NCBI GenBank assembly: GCA_965215505.1
Contig: OZ244065.1
Coordinates: 2,272,001 to 2,336,000 of the forward strand
DNA length: 64,000 nt
Origin: Capsulimonadaceae bacterium
Lineage (GTDB): Bacteria; Armatimonadota; Armatimonadia; Armatimonadales; Capsulimonadaceae
Direction: 5' to 3'
Each line of letters begins with the position of its first letter. Position 1 is the stretch's first letter. The notes beneath the pieces are model-generated. The model saw nothing but the letters and a program-made list of their open reading frames with translations. It was not told the DNA's origin and did not search any database. Below, one piece after another: positions 26,905 to 35,650 of the stretch. Both the position numbers and the translations under genes were made by a program.

Positions 26905-28911
26905 CTACGTCCCCAGCGCCTCCGCCTCGGCGACCGCCTGCTCCCAGGCGCTCAGGGCAGCCAGCAGGTCGTCTTGCAGGCGCGTGTGTTCGGCGGCGAG
27001 CGAAACCATGTCGGCGACGGTGTCGGACGGGCGGGCAAGCCGGGCCTCGACCTCCCCGATGCGCGTCTCCGTCGCGTTGACGGCGCTCTCCGTCGTCAGG
27101 ACGCGCTCGCGCGCCCGGACGCGGGCTTTGCTGAGGTCGCGGGCGTTCATCGCCGGCGCGGCGGGCGGGGCCGTGCCGTTTGTTCCGTTCGCTTTGCCGA
27201 TTCCATTGGTCTTAACGGGAGCGGCAGCGGCCTTCACGGGCGCGGGCAGCGGGACGGCCTTGCGCGCCAGGGTCTTCGACGGGGCGGGCGCAGGTGCCCG
27301 CTGCGCCTCGCGCCAGGCATTGTAGTTGCCTTCAAACAGGGTGCCCTGCCCCGTCCCCGACAGCGCCAGCGTCTTGGTCGTCGTCGCGTTCAGGAGGTAG
27401 CGGTCGTGGGAGATCAGCAGCAGAGTCCCTTCGTACCGGGCCAGCATCTCGGTCAGCACCTCGCAGCTCGCGATGTCCAGGTGGTTCGTCGGTTCATCCA
27501 GGATCAGCAGGTTGCACGGCTCCAGGATCATGCGGGCCAAGGCCAGCTTGTTCTTCTCGCCGCCCGAAAGCATGCCGACGCCCTTGAACACGTCGTCGCC
27601 GGTGAACAGGAACCGGGCCAGATAGTTGCGCGCCTCGGTCTCGGTCATGTCGGCGGCGTCCAGGATCGAGTCGAGGACGCTGAGGTCCGGGCGCAGGCCG
27701 TCGGCGGCGTGCTGGGAGAAGTAGGCGACGCGGGCGTTGTGGCCCAGGCCGACCGACCCGCGCGTCGGCTGCTCCATGCCCAGAATCAGCTTCACCAGGG
27801 TCGTCTTGCCCGCCCCGTTCGGGCCGACAAGTCCGACGCGCTCGCCGCGCTCGATCAGAAAGTTCAGGTCGTCGAACAACGTCCGCTCGCCGAAGGTCTT
27901 GGTCAGGGCCTCGGCCCGCAGGACGTCCCGCCCGATGCGGCCCGCCGAGTCGGCGTCGAAGAGGGCGCGGACGTTGCGATTGTCGGTGTAGACCCGGTCC
28001 ACCTTGTCCATGCGCTCGATGCGCGTCTCCATGCGCGCCCGCAGCTTGCTCTGGACCGAGTCGCCCCCCATGTTCTTCTTGATGACGGCTTCCAGGCGGG
28101 CGATCTCCGCCTGCTGCTGGTCGTACATGTCCTGCTGCCGGGCCAGCCGCTCGTCCTTCTGCCGCCGGAAGTGGCTGTAGTTGCCCTTGAAGACGGTCAG
28201 CCGCTGGTTCTCTAGGTCGCCGATCGTGTCGGCCACGGCGTCCAGGAAATACCGGTCGTGGCTGACCAACAGGATGGCGCCCTCGTAGCTCTTCAGGAAG
28301 CCTTCCAGCCACTCGGTCGCGGCGATGTCCAGGTGGTTCGTCGGTTCGTCCAAGATCAGCAGATCGGGCCGGGCGAGGACGATCTTCGCCAGGGCCAGCC
28401 GCGTCTGCTCACCGCCCGAACACGACCCGACGCGCTTGCCGAAGTCGGCGGCGGTGAAGCCCAGCTTCTCCAGGACTAGTGGGATGTCCGCCTCGATGCG
28501 GTAGCCGCCCGCCGCCTCGAACGCCTCGCGGGCGTGGGAGTAGGACTCCATCGCCGTTTCCAGGGTCTCATCGGTGGCGGCCGACGACATGGCCTCCTCC
28601 CACTTCTGCACCTCGGCTTCCAGGGCGCGCACGCCCAGGAACACGGACTGCGCTTCCTCCAGGATGGTGTGTTCGGGATGGACCGGTGCCTCCTGCCGCA
28701 GATAGCCGAGGCTGTGCCCCGCGGCCAGGGCGGCCTTGCCGGTGTCCGGCAGCTCCTGCCCCAGCAGGATTCGGAGCAGGGTGGTCTTGCCGCAGCCGTT
28801 GCGCCCGACTAGGCCCATCTTCTGCCCGGCGGCGACGCTGAAATTGATTTCCTGGAACAGAAGGTCCGTCCCGTAACTTTTTTCTAGATTGGTGACCGTC
28901 AGGATGCTCAT
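26905..28911 (-). CDS. ABC-F family ATPase (two NBDs, C-terminal coiled coil)
   Basis: GRNGCGKT, GPNGAGKT, SGGE and two LDEPTNHLD motifs. No TM segments. Confidence 0.95.
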   Translation of the reverse strand: MSILTVTNLEKSYGTDLLFQEINFSVAAGQKMGLVGRNGCGKTTLLRILLGQELPDTGKAALAAGHSLGYLRQEAPVHPEHTILEEAQSVFLGVRALEAEVQKWEEAMSSAATDETLETAMESYSHAREAFEAAGGYRIEADIPLVLEKLGFTAADFGKRVGSCSGGEQTRLALAKIVLARPDLLILDEPTNHLDIAATEWLEGFLKSYEGAILLVSHDRYFLDAVADTIGDLENQRLTVFKGNYSHFRRQKDERLARQQDMYDQQQAEIARLEAVIKKNMGGDSVQSKLRARMETRIERMDKVDRVYTDNRNVRALFDADSAGRIGRDVLRAEALTKTFGERTLFDDLNFLIERGERVGLVGPNGAGKTTLVKLILGMEQPTRGSVGLGHNARVAYFSQHAADGLRPDLSVLDSILDAADMTETEARNYLARFLFTGDDVFKGVGMLSGGEKNKLALARMILEPCNLLILDEPTNHLDIASCEVLTEMLARYEGTLLLISHDRYLLNATTTKTLALSGTGQGTLFEGNYNAWREAQRAPAPAPSKTLARKAVPLPAPVKAAAAPVKTNGIGKANGTNGTAPPAAPAMNARDLSKARVRARERVLTTESAVNATETRIGEVEARLARPSDTVADMVSLAAEHTRLQDDLLAALSAWEQAVAEAEALGT

Positions 28912-28945
28912 GGTTGGTACTTGATTCGCCTTGAAAACGCCCTCT

Positions 28946-28975
28946 ATTGTAGCCGAGGGAGGCGGGGGGTGTCAA
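28946..28975 (-). promoter_or_regulatory. sigma70 promoter TTGACA-18-TACAAT for the ABC-F gene
   Basis: TGTCAA at 28970-28975 and ATTGTA at 28946-28951. Confidence 0.7.
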
Positions 28976-29027
28976 GGCGCGGCGCAGCAGCAGGAACCCA
29001 CCTGCTCCCCGGCGCGTTAGACAAGGC

Positions 29028-30155
29028 ATGACACTCTTCAGGGTCCTCCTGGGCCTGCTCGGCCTGTTCCTCGTGCTGCTCATTATCTGGGAGGGCTTTG
29101 AAACTATTATCCTGCCCCGCAGCGTCACCCGGCAGCTCCGGCTGACGCGCGGGTTCTATCTCGCGCTCTGGCCGTCCTCGGCGGCCATCGCGAAGCGCCT
29201 GCCCACGGACCGGCGGCAGCTCTTCCTCAGCTACTTCGGGCCGCTCTCCCTGCCCCTGCTGCTGGTCCTCTGGGCGCTGGCCCTGGTGGTCGGCTTCGCC
29301 CTGATTCAGTTCTCCCTCCCCTTCGGGCTGAACCGCGTGCCGGGGATGAACCGACTCGGGACGGCCCTGTACCAGAGCGGCGTGACTTTCTTCACGCTGG
29401 GCTACGGGGACGTGACGCCGCACACCAACCTCTCACGCCTGTTCGCCGTCGCCGAGGCCGGGGTCGGATTTGCCTTCCTCGCCGTCGTCATCGGGTATCT
29501 GCCCGTGCTGTACCAGGCGTTCTCGCGGCGCGAGTCCATTATCTCCCTGCTCGACGCCCGCGCCTCCTCGCCCCCCTCGGCGGCCGAGATGCTGCGGCGT
29601 CACGGCGAGGGACACCGCATGGCCTCGCTGACGGCCCTCCTGGCGGACTGGGAGGTCTGGGCGTCCGAAGTCTTGGAAAGCCACCTCTCCTACCCCGTCC
29701 TGACTTACTACCGCTCCCAGCACGACCACCAATCCTGGCTGGGCGCGCTGACGGCGATCATGGACACCTGCTCCCTGCTCATCGTCGGCTTCGCGGGCGA
29801 CCCGGAGTGGCAGGACGAGCTGCGCTGGCAGGCGCGGATGACCCTGGCGATGTGCCGCCACACCGTCATCGACCTGGCCTACGTTTTCAACCGCGCCCCG
29901 GACACGTCGGCCCCGGACCGACTGCCGCCGGCTGACCTCCTCACCCTGCGCCAGACGCTCGCCCGCGCCGGCCTGCCGCTCTGCGACGGCCCCGAGGACG
30001 ACGTCAAGCTCGCCGAGCTGCGCGCGCTGTATGAGCCGTATGTCACCGGGCTGGGCAGTTTCCTGATGTTCTCCCTCCCGCCCTGGCTGCCGGACCCGGA
30101 CACGCCGGACAACTGGCAGACGAGCGCCTGGGACCGCGACACGAGGCACTTCTAA
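29028..30155 (+). CDS. potassium channel family protein
   Basis: Selectivity-filter motif TFFTLGYGD flanked by TM helices, followed by a soluble C-terminal domain. Confidence 0.88.
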   Translation: MTLFRVLLGLLGLFLVLLIIWEGFETIILPRSVTRQLRLTRGFYLALWPSSAAIAKRLPTDRRQLFLSYFGPLSLPLLLVLWALALVVGFALIQFSLPFGLNRVPGMNRLGTALYQSGVTFFTLGYGDVTPHTNLSRLFAVAEAGVGFAFLAVVIGYLPVLYQAFSRRESIISLLDARASSPPSAAEMLRRHGEGHRMASLTALLADWEVWASEVLESHLSYPVLTYYRSQHDHQSWLGALTAIMDTCSLLIVGFAGDPEWQDELRWQARMTLAMCRHTVIDLAYVFNRAPDTSAPDRLPPADLLTLRQTLARAGLPLCDGPEDDVKLAELRALYEPYVTGLGSFLMFSLPPWLPDPDTPDNWQTSAWDRDTRHF

Positions 30156-30158
30156 GCC

Positions 30159-30686
30159 ATGCCGCAAGCAGCCATGCCGCAGGAGAAACAGGGGTGGGAT
30201 ACGCGCGCCTGGCTGGTCGGCATCCTCGGCGGCGCGGTCGGGGGGAGCATAACGGCCTGGGCCACCTATTCACCGTTCGTGAAACCTATTAATGCGGCCC
30301 TTCATTCCGCCAATGGGTCCAGTTGGGTATGTGGATGTGCCGGCGTTTTGAGCCTCCTGGTGCTGCCCGGCGTTGTGAGCGGCATTTCCCGGCGGCGGAC
30401 GTTCTTGTGGGGCGCACTCCCGCTCGTGCTTTTCCTTATTGCCACTGACGTGCAGGATTGGGTGGGATTCGGGGCGAGCCACGTCGCACAGGAGTTTTGG
30501 GTGACTCTGCTCGTCATCGGCGGCTGCCTGCTGGTCTCCTCCGGCCCCGTCTCGGCCATCCGCTACGGGCGCGTCCGCGCACGACGCAGGCGGGAGGCAG
30601 CGGTCGCCGCCCTTGCCGCACAGCGCGAAGCGGCCTCCATACCGCAAGAGGGCATCTGGCCGCCGCCGCCGGACTACCGGAAATAG
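30159..30686 (+). CDS. four-TM hypothetical membrane protein ending EGIWPPPPDYRK
   Basis: Four hydrophobic segments. Starts 3 nt after the previous stop. Confidence 0.7.
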   Translation: MPQAAMPQEKQGWDTRAWLVGILGGAVGGSITAWATYSPFVKPINAALHSANGSSWVCGCAGVLSLLVLPGVVSGISRRRTFLWGALPLVLFLIATDVQDWVGFGASHVAQEFWVTLLVIGGCLLVSSGPVSAIRYGRVRARRRREAAVAALAAQREAASIPQEGIWPPPPDYRK

Positions 30687-30719
30687 GAGGGCGCAGGATG
30701 AGAAAAAGGCACATGGCAG

Positions 30720-30788
30720 GAGGGCGCGGCAAGCGGCACCCCTACAGCCTTGTACCTGAATCGTAGGGGCGCCGCTTGCCGCGCCCTC
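30720..30788. repeat. inverted doublet of GTAG-type REP-like elements
   Basis: GTAGGGGTGCCGCTTGCCGCGCCCTC (minus, 30720-30745) and GTAGGGGCGCCGCTTGCCGCGCCCTC (plus, 30763-30788). Confidence 0.85.
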
Positions 30789-30854
30789 TTTCCTAATCCA
30801 CCCGCGTACCCACCCGCTCGGCCCGTCGGGTGCATGTGCTATAATCAGGAATCC

Positions 30855-31454
30855 ATGAACCAGCCACCGAAAATCGCGGTCGTCGCCATGCAGGGCGACT
30901 TCCAGAAACACATTGACATGCTGACCCGGCTCGGGGCGGACGCCTACCCCGCCCGGACGCCCGGCGACATCGCACGGGCGGACGGGGTCATCCTGCCCGG
31001 CGGCGAGAGTACCACCATCGGCAAGCTGCTGGCCCGCTACGGCGTGGACGAAGCCATCCGGGAGTCGTCGGCCCAAGGCAAACCGATCTACGGCACCTGC
31101 GCGGGGCTGATCCTGCTGGCGCGCGGGATCGCCGAGGGGACCGGCGAGCGCGGCGGGCAGCCGACCCTGGGCCTGCTGGACGCCGTGGTCGCCCGCAACG
31201 CCTTCGGGCGGCAGGTGGACTCGTTCGAGACGGCCCTGGACATCCCCGCCCTGGGGCCGGACCCGCTGCGGGCGGTCTTCATCCGCGCCCCGTATGTCGC
31301 CGAGGCGGGGCCGAACGTCGAGACGCTGGCGACCTACGACGGTAAGACGGTCTTCGTCCGCCAGGGGACCATTTTAGGCAGCGCCTTCCACCCGGAGCTG
31401 ACCGACGACGACAGGCCGCACCGGCTGTTCCTGTCACTCGTGAAGCCCCGATGA
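30855..31454 (+). CDS. pdxT: pyridoxal 5'-phosphate synthase glutaminase subunit
   Basis: PGGESTT, GTCAGLILL, RNAFGRQVDSFE, FIRAP and FHPELT motifs. TGCTATAAT at 30837-30845. Confidence 0.96.
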   Translation: MNQPPKIAVVAMQGDFQKHIDMLTRLGADAYPARTPGDIARADGVILPGGESTTIGKLLARYGVDEAIRESSAQGKPIYGTCAGLILLARGIAEGTGERGGQPTLGLLDAVVARNAFGRQVDSFETALDIPALGPDPLRAVFIRAPYVAEAGPNVETLATYDGKTVFVRQGTILGSAFHPELTDDDRPHRLFLSLVKPR

Positions 31455-32680
31455 AGAACCGCCGATGGCTGGGAGTAGTAGCCGCCGCCCTGTGCCTGCT
31501 GGGCCTGCTGGCGTTCTGGCTCCGGCCCGGCCACACCCGCGCCGCCGAGAAGAAGGCGGACGCGCCGCTGAGGCTGCTCTGGACGCGGCCCATCGCCGGA
31601 TTCCGGGGGGCGGCGCTCTCGCCGCAGGGGGAGCTAGTCGCCCTCTCCAGCGGGGCCAAGGGGGCAGTCTCGCTCTGGCACTGGCGCACCCAGCCCGACC
31701 GGCCGCTTTGGGTGCATGCGGCCACCAACGCCTCGTCCGTGGACGTAAGCGCGGCCGGCTCCTTCGTGGTCGCCTGGGCACCGCTGGACCCGGCCCAGCC
31801 CGAACTCACCGTGCTGCGCGGCGATGACGGAGCGACGCTGTCGCACCGGACACTCGACGGCGCGGTGTGGGACGCCCAGCTTTCCGCCGACGGCACCTAT
31901 GCGGGCGTGGTCACGGGCGGCAAGTCGCTGTGGCTGTACACGCTCAGTGACCAGCCGTACCGGCCTGGGAAGGCTGAGAAGCGCATCCGCCAGTGGTCGT
32001 TGGGGGGCATCGGCGATTCGGTCGCCATCACCTCCCCCCCCGCCGGCTCCTACCTCGTCACCGGGGCTTGGGACGACAGCGGCATCGCCTGCTATACCCT
32101 GAGCGGGAAATGCCTGTGGCAGTACCCCGAGAAGTCACTCACGCGCCCCCGGCTGACCAACCGGCTGTTCACCGCCCAGCTTTCCGGCGACGGCCGGTAC
32201 GTCCTGGGGCTGTCCTACGGCAACGTCCGCGAGAGCGACCCGACCCTGTACCTGTGGCGTAGCGACGGCGGCGGCACCCCGCAGTGGAAGACGGAACTGG
32301 GCGACGACGCCTTCTACCCTACTGCCCAGATCACCCCGCAGGGCGGGTATGTGGCCGTCTCCTACCTGCATCAGATCGTGCGGGGGGACCGGAGCCTGTC
32401 CGAACACCAGATCCGCCTGCTGAACCACGACGGCAGCACGCGCTGGCAGGGCGGCGGCCTGCTCTTCTCCCCCACCCTCATCGCGCTGGCCCCCGACGGC
32501 GGCAGCGTCCTCGTCTCCGACGGCCAGCGCACTCTGTACGCCCTGGGCGGCAAGGACGGCCGCATTTTAGGAAGCTACCCGCAGCCCGGCCTGATCCGCC
32601 AGACGGCGCTCTCGGCGGACGGCCGCGTTCTGCTGGTCTACACGGGCGACGGGACCTTAAGTTTGTGGCGGGTCGGGTGA
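31451..32680 (+). CDS. membrane-anchored WD40/PQQ-like beta-propeller protein
   Basis: N-terminal TM and repeated LSADG/LSGDG/ITPQG/LAPDG blade turns. ATGA-coupled to pdxT. Confidence 0.8.
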   Translation: MKNRRWLGVVAAALCLLGLLAFWLRPGHTRAAEKKADAPLRLLWTRPIAGFRGAALSPQGELVALSSGAKGAVSLWHWRTQPDRPLWVHAATNASSVDVSAAGSFVVAWAPLDPAQPELTVLRGDDGATLSHRTLDGAVWDAQLSADGTYAGVVTGGKSLWLYTLSDQPYRPGKAEKRIRQWSLGGIGDSVAITSPPAGSYLVTGAWDDSGIACYTLSGKCLWQYPEKSLTRPRLTNRLFTAQLSGDGRYVLGLSYGNVRESDPTLYLWRSDGGGTPQWKTELGDDAFYPTAQITPQGGYVAVSYLHQIVRGDRSLSEHQIRLLNHDGSTRWQGGGLLFSPTLIALAPDGGSVLVSDGQRTLYALGGKDGRILGSYPQPGLIRQTALSADGRVLLVYTGDGTLSLWRVG

Positions 32681-32693
32681 GTCGGCGGCAGAC

Positions 32694-32724
32694 AAAAAGG
32701 AGGGCGGGGGAACCCCGCCCTCCT
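32694..32724 (-). terminator. intrinsic terminator between convergent units (ends the six-gene ABC operon)
   Basis: AGGAGGGCGGGG-GAA-CCCCGCCCTCCT with an A-run on the left. Confidence 0.75.
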
Positions 32725-32754
32725 GCCGGTTTTCCTCACATGTCCCCGGCGTCC

Positions 32755-33528
32755 CTACACCAGCACCGCCTCCGCCATGCTCGCCAGATGCTCGGCTTCG
32801 CCCGCCATGCCGCCGATGTTGAGCTTGATGTCGGCCCGGTTCTCGATCTTCTCGACTTTGCCGTCCTTGATCCAGATCACGCGGTCGGACACGTCCACCA
32901 TCTTGTAGTCGTGCGTGGCCGTGATGATCGTCACGCCCTGCTCCTTGTTGAGCCGGCGCAGCAGGGCGATGATCTCCTCGCCCGTCTTCGAGTCCAGGTT
33001 GCCCGTCGGCTCATCGGCAAGGATGATGCTGGGGTTATTCGCCAGCGACCGGGCGATGGCGACGCGCTGCTGCTGGCCGCCCGAGAGTTGCGAGGGCTTG
33101 TGGTGGTAGCGGTGGCCGAGGCCGACGATGTCCAGAAGCTCCATGCCCCGCGCGATGCCGTCGTCGGTGGGCTGGCCGGCGAAGATGGTCGGCAGGGTGA
33201 CATTTTCCAACGCAGTCATGACCGTAATCAGATTAAACGTCTGGAAGATGTACCCGATGGTGTGGCAGCGCAGGTAGGCGAGCTCCCCGGCGTCGAGCTG
33301 CGCCATGTCCACGTCGTTGATGAACACGCTGCCGCTGTCCGGCTTGTCCAGGCCGCCGATGGCGTTAAACAGGGTAGACTTGCCCGACCCGGACGGCCCC
33401 ATGATGGAGATGTACTCGCCGCGCCGGATGTCCACGTTGACTCCGTCGAGCGCGCGCAGCTTCTCTTCGCCGAGGGTAAAGACTTTGACCACGTCCTTGG
33501 TGCGGACGATGTATTCCGTTGCTGACAC
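32755..33528 (-). CDS. ABC transporter ATP-binding protein, LolD/MacB-type
   Basis: [42 protein letters not shown] and ATHD motifs. Confidence 0.95.
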   Translation of the reverse strand: MSATEYIVRTKDVVKVFTLGEEKLRALDGVNVDIRRGEYISIMGPSGSGKSTLFNAIGGLDKPDSGSVFINDVDMAQLDAGELAYLRCHTIGYIFQTFNLITVMTALENVTLPTIFAGQPTDDGIARGMELLDIVGLGHRYHHKPSQLSGGQQQRVAIARSLANNPSIILADEPTGNLDSKTGEEIIALLRRLNKEQGVTIITATHDYKMVDVSDRVIWIKDGKVEKIENRADIKLNIGGMAGEAEHLASMAEAVLV

Positions 33529-33549
33529 TGATGATTTCTCCCGGTAGAA

Positions 33550-34179
33550 TTAGACTTCGGTGCGGAGGGCGGCGGCGGGCGGCATCTGGGCGGCGCGCTG
33601 GGCGGGCAGGAGGGCGGCGATAAGCGTTAGCAGCCCGCCGATGACGACGCAGCCCAGCAGCGTCCCGAAGATGACGCCGGCCGTCAGGTGCGTGACGCCG
33701 GGGTCCCAGCCGAGCGATGCCCAGCGGACCAGGAAGATGCCCAGGAAGCCCAGTATCCAGCCGGCGAACGAGGCCACGAAGCCCATGAAGATGGCTTCGA
33801 TGAGGAACAGGCGCACGATCAACGAGTTCAAAGCCCCCAGGCACTTCATCGTCCCGATCTCGCGGAACCGCTCCGAGACCGACATCAGCATCGAGTTCGT
33901 GATGCCGACCGTGCAGACCAGCAGGGCCATGATGACCAGCCAGACCTGCCGGTTAAAGGCCGCCGAGTTGTGGGACTCCAGCAGCGCGGTCACGCCGGAG
34001 AAGCACAGGAAGGCGATGCCGAGAAAGATGCCCGCGCCCGTGATCATGGACCGCCAGAAACGAATCTTAAGTGAGTTCATGGCGATCTGGATCGCCTTGC
34101 TCCACGGCAGGTTGATCTGCGTCTTAATGCCGCCGTCGCCTCTTGGTTTGCGGCCGTTGCCGCTGATCGCTACGGACAT
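33550..34179 (-). CDS. minimal FtsX-like ABC permease (4 TM, almost no periplasmic loop)
   Basis: GITNSMLMSVSERFREIGTMKCLGA, FLIEA and PAQRAAQMPPAAALR motifs. Confidence 0.9.
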   Translation of the reverse strand: MSVAISGNGRKPRGDGGIKTQINLPWSKAIQIAMNSLKIRFWRSMITGAGIFLGIAFLCFSGVTALLESHNSAAFNRQVWLVIMALLVCTVGITNSMLMSVSERFREIGTMKCLGALNSLIVRLFLIEAIFMGFVASFAGWILGFLGIFLVRWASLGWDPGVTHLTAGVIFGTLLGCVVIGGLLTLIAALLPAQRAAQMPPAAALRTEV

Positions 34180-34642
34180 TGGCTGTCCCCTTTCCTTTAT
34201 TCGTCCCAGTGGGCTTTGTCCCCGCTGGCTGAAGCCCGATCAACCCGCGCTGGGCGAACATCCGCATGGCCGTGATGACGCCCACCTCGCCCTGGCGGCG
34301 GTTCATCTTGTAGGTATCGCAGGCGTACCGGATGAGCTGGTCTACGCTGTGCTGCCCGTCGCAGCGCGCCCAGAGCTGGGCGTTGATCTCGTCCAGCTCA
34401 ATGGTGCGGGTCGCCGTGACGCGGAAGATGCGGGTCAGGATTCTGCCCACCCGGTCATCCCGGCGCGGGACGGTCAGCTTCGCGCCCGGCGTCTCGTCCT
34501 CGGCCGCCCTCATCTCCCAGACGATTTCGCGGCTGCGAACCGGCTTCAGCCCCAGCATCTCGCCGCGCGGCAGGCCCGCGCTCTCGCGCGCCAGGAACGG
34601 GATGGACTGACGCAGTGTGTTCAGCAGGCCTAACTGTGGCAC
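34124..34642 (-). CDS. PqqD-family / RiPP-recognition-element-like protein
   Basis: IELDEINAQLWARCDGQHSVDQLI...MFAQRGLI matches the L[DN]-x5-W-x-x-x-DG-x-x-[ST]V-x-x-[IL]...GL[IL] pattern. GTG start overlaps the upstream stop. Confidence 0.78.
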   Translation of the reverse strand: MPQLGLLNTLRQSIPFLARESAGLPRGEMLGLKPVRSREIVWEMRAAEDETPGAKLTVPRRDDRVGRILTRIFRVTATRTIELDEINAQLWARCDGQHSVDQLIRYACDTYKMNRRQGEVGVITAMRMFAQRGLIGLQPAGTKPTGTNKGKGTANVRSDQRQRPQTKRRRRH

Positions 34643-35634
34643 AGGGTACGCTCGACGATCTCGTCCACGACCTGCGGCTGCGGGCGGCGACTGAAGGACT
34701 GCACTAGGTGGACCTTGTTGCTCTCCGGACACTCCCAGATGCGCGCTTCAAAGTGGGTGGCGGGCATCTGGAGCCGGGTGATCTGCGGCACGGCATGGGA
34801 CATCCAGTAGGACAGACCCAGACGCCGCCCGGTCAGGGCCAGCGCGGGGTGGCCTTGGGCGGTCGCCTCGCGGGCCTCATACTTCAACTGCCCCTCTAAC
34901 GCCTGGTTCTTCTGCCGGAACCACTGATCTAAATACGCGCCCCGAAGCTGGACGTTTGCGACGCCCCACTGCTCCACGGAGAGTGAGTCCATGGAGCTGC
35001 CGCGCACGAACGGGAGCTGCACATAGATGTTCATGAGCTGCGGCTTGGTCTTGAGGGCGTAGTCGCTCGGCACCTGCGTGTGCAGGTCGTACAAAGACCA
35101 GACGTGCCAGTCAGTGTCCTCGGAGTGGCATTCCAAGGTCTGGAGGGCGTCGGCGGCTAGGGCGCCGAAGTCGTCCCGCGCGCCGCCGACGACCTGGGCG
35201 ATGACGACGCGCATGCACTCGGAGCAGTGCCAGATGCGCCCGATCGCCTTCCGGTCGGCCTTCCAGGTGAACGACCTCTGGCCGGTCCGCTCCGGGTGGC
35301 GCGCGTCCCGGACGGCTTTGGTCTGCGTCACGGTGGCGATCTTCTGCCGCTTCGCGCTCTTTTCGATGGAGGCGAGGTAGAGGGTGAGCCGCTTTTCCAG
35401 GTCGGCGTCCGTCACCTTGCCCTTGACCGGAATCCAGCGGACGTCCACGCCCAGGACGCCATGCGCCTGGAACTCGCTGTTGTCCAGGCGCAGGCTGCCG
35501 GCCTTGGCATCGCCGCCATAGGAAACCAGGTTCCAGGCGGGCGGGGCCAGCATGGTCAGCCCCTGCCAGCCCATCGTCTTCCAGCCCTTACGGGCGGGCG
35601 GGCGGCTTACTTCTTGTCTCACAAGTGTTGTCAC
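34630..35634 (-). CDS. soluble hypothetical protein with two-fold internal repeat
   Basis: 334-aa ORF with no TM or signal peptide. Paired motifs RIWHCSEC and RIWECPES. Confidence 0.8.
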   Translation of the reverse strand: MTTLVRQEVSRPPARKGWKTMGWQGLTMLAPPAWNLVSYGGDAKAGSLRLDNSEFQAHGVLGVDVRWIPVKGKVTDADLEKRLTLYLASIEKSAKRQKIATVTQTKAVRDARHPERTGQRSFTWKADRKAIGRIWHCSECMRVVIAQVVGGARDDFGALAADALQTLECHSEDTDWHVWSLYDLHTQVPSDYALKTKPQLMNIYVQLPFVRGSSMDSLSVEQWGVANVQLRGAYLDQWFRQKNQALEGQLKYEAREATAQGHPALALTGRRLGLSYWMSHAVPQITRLQMPATHFEARIWECPESNKVHLVQSFSRRPQPQVVDEIVERTLCHS

Positions 35635-35650
35635 GTTTTGATATACGACC

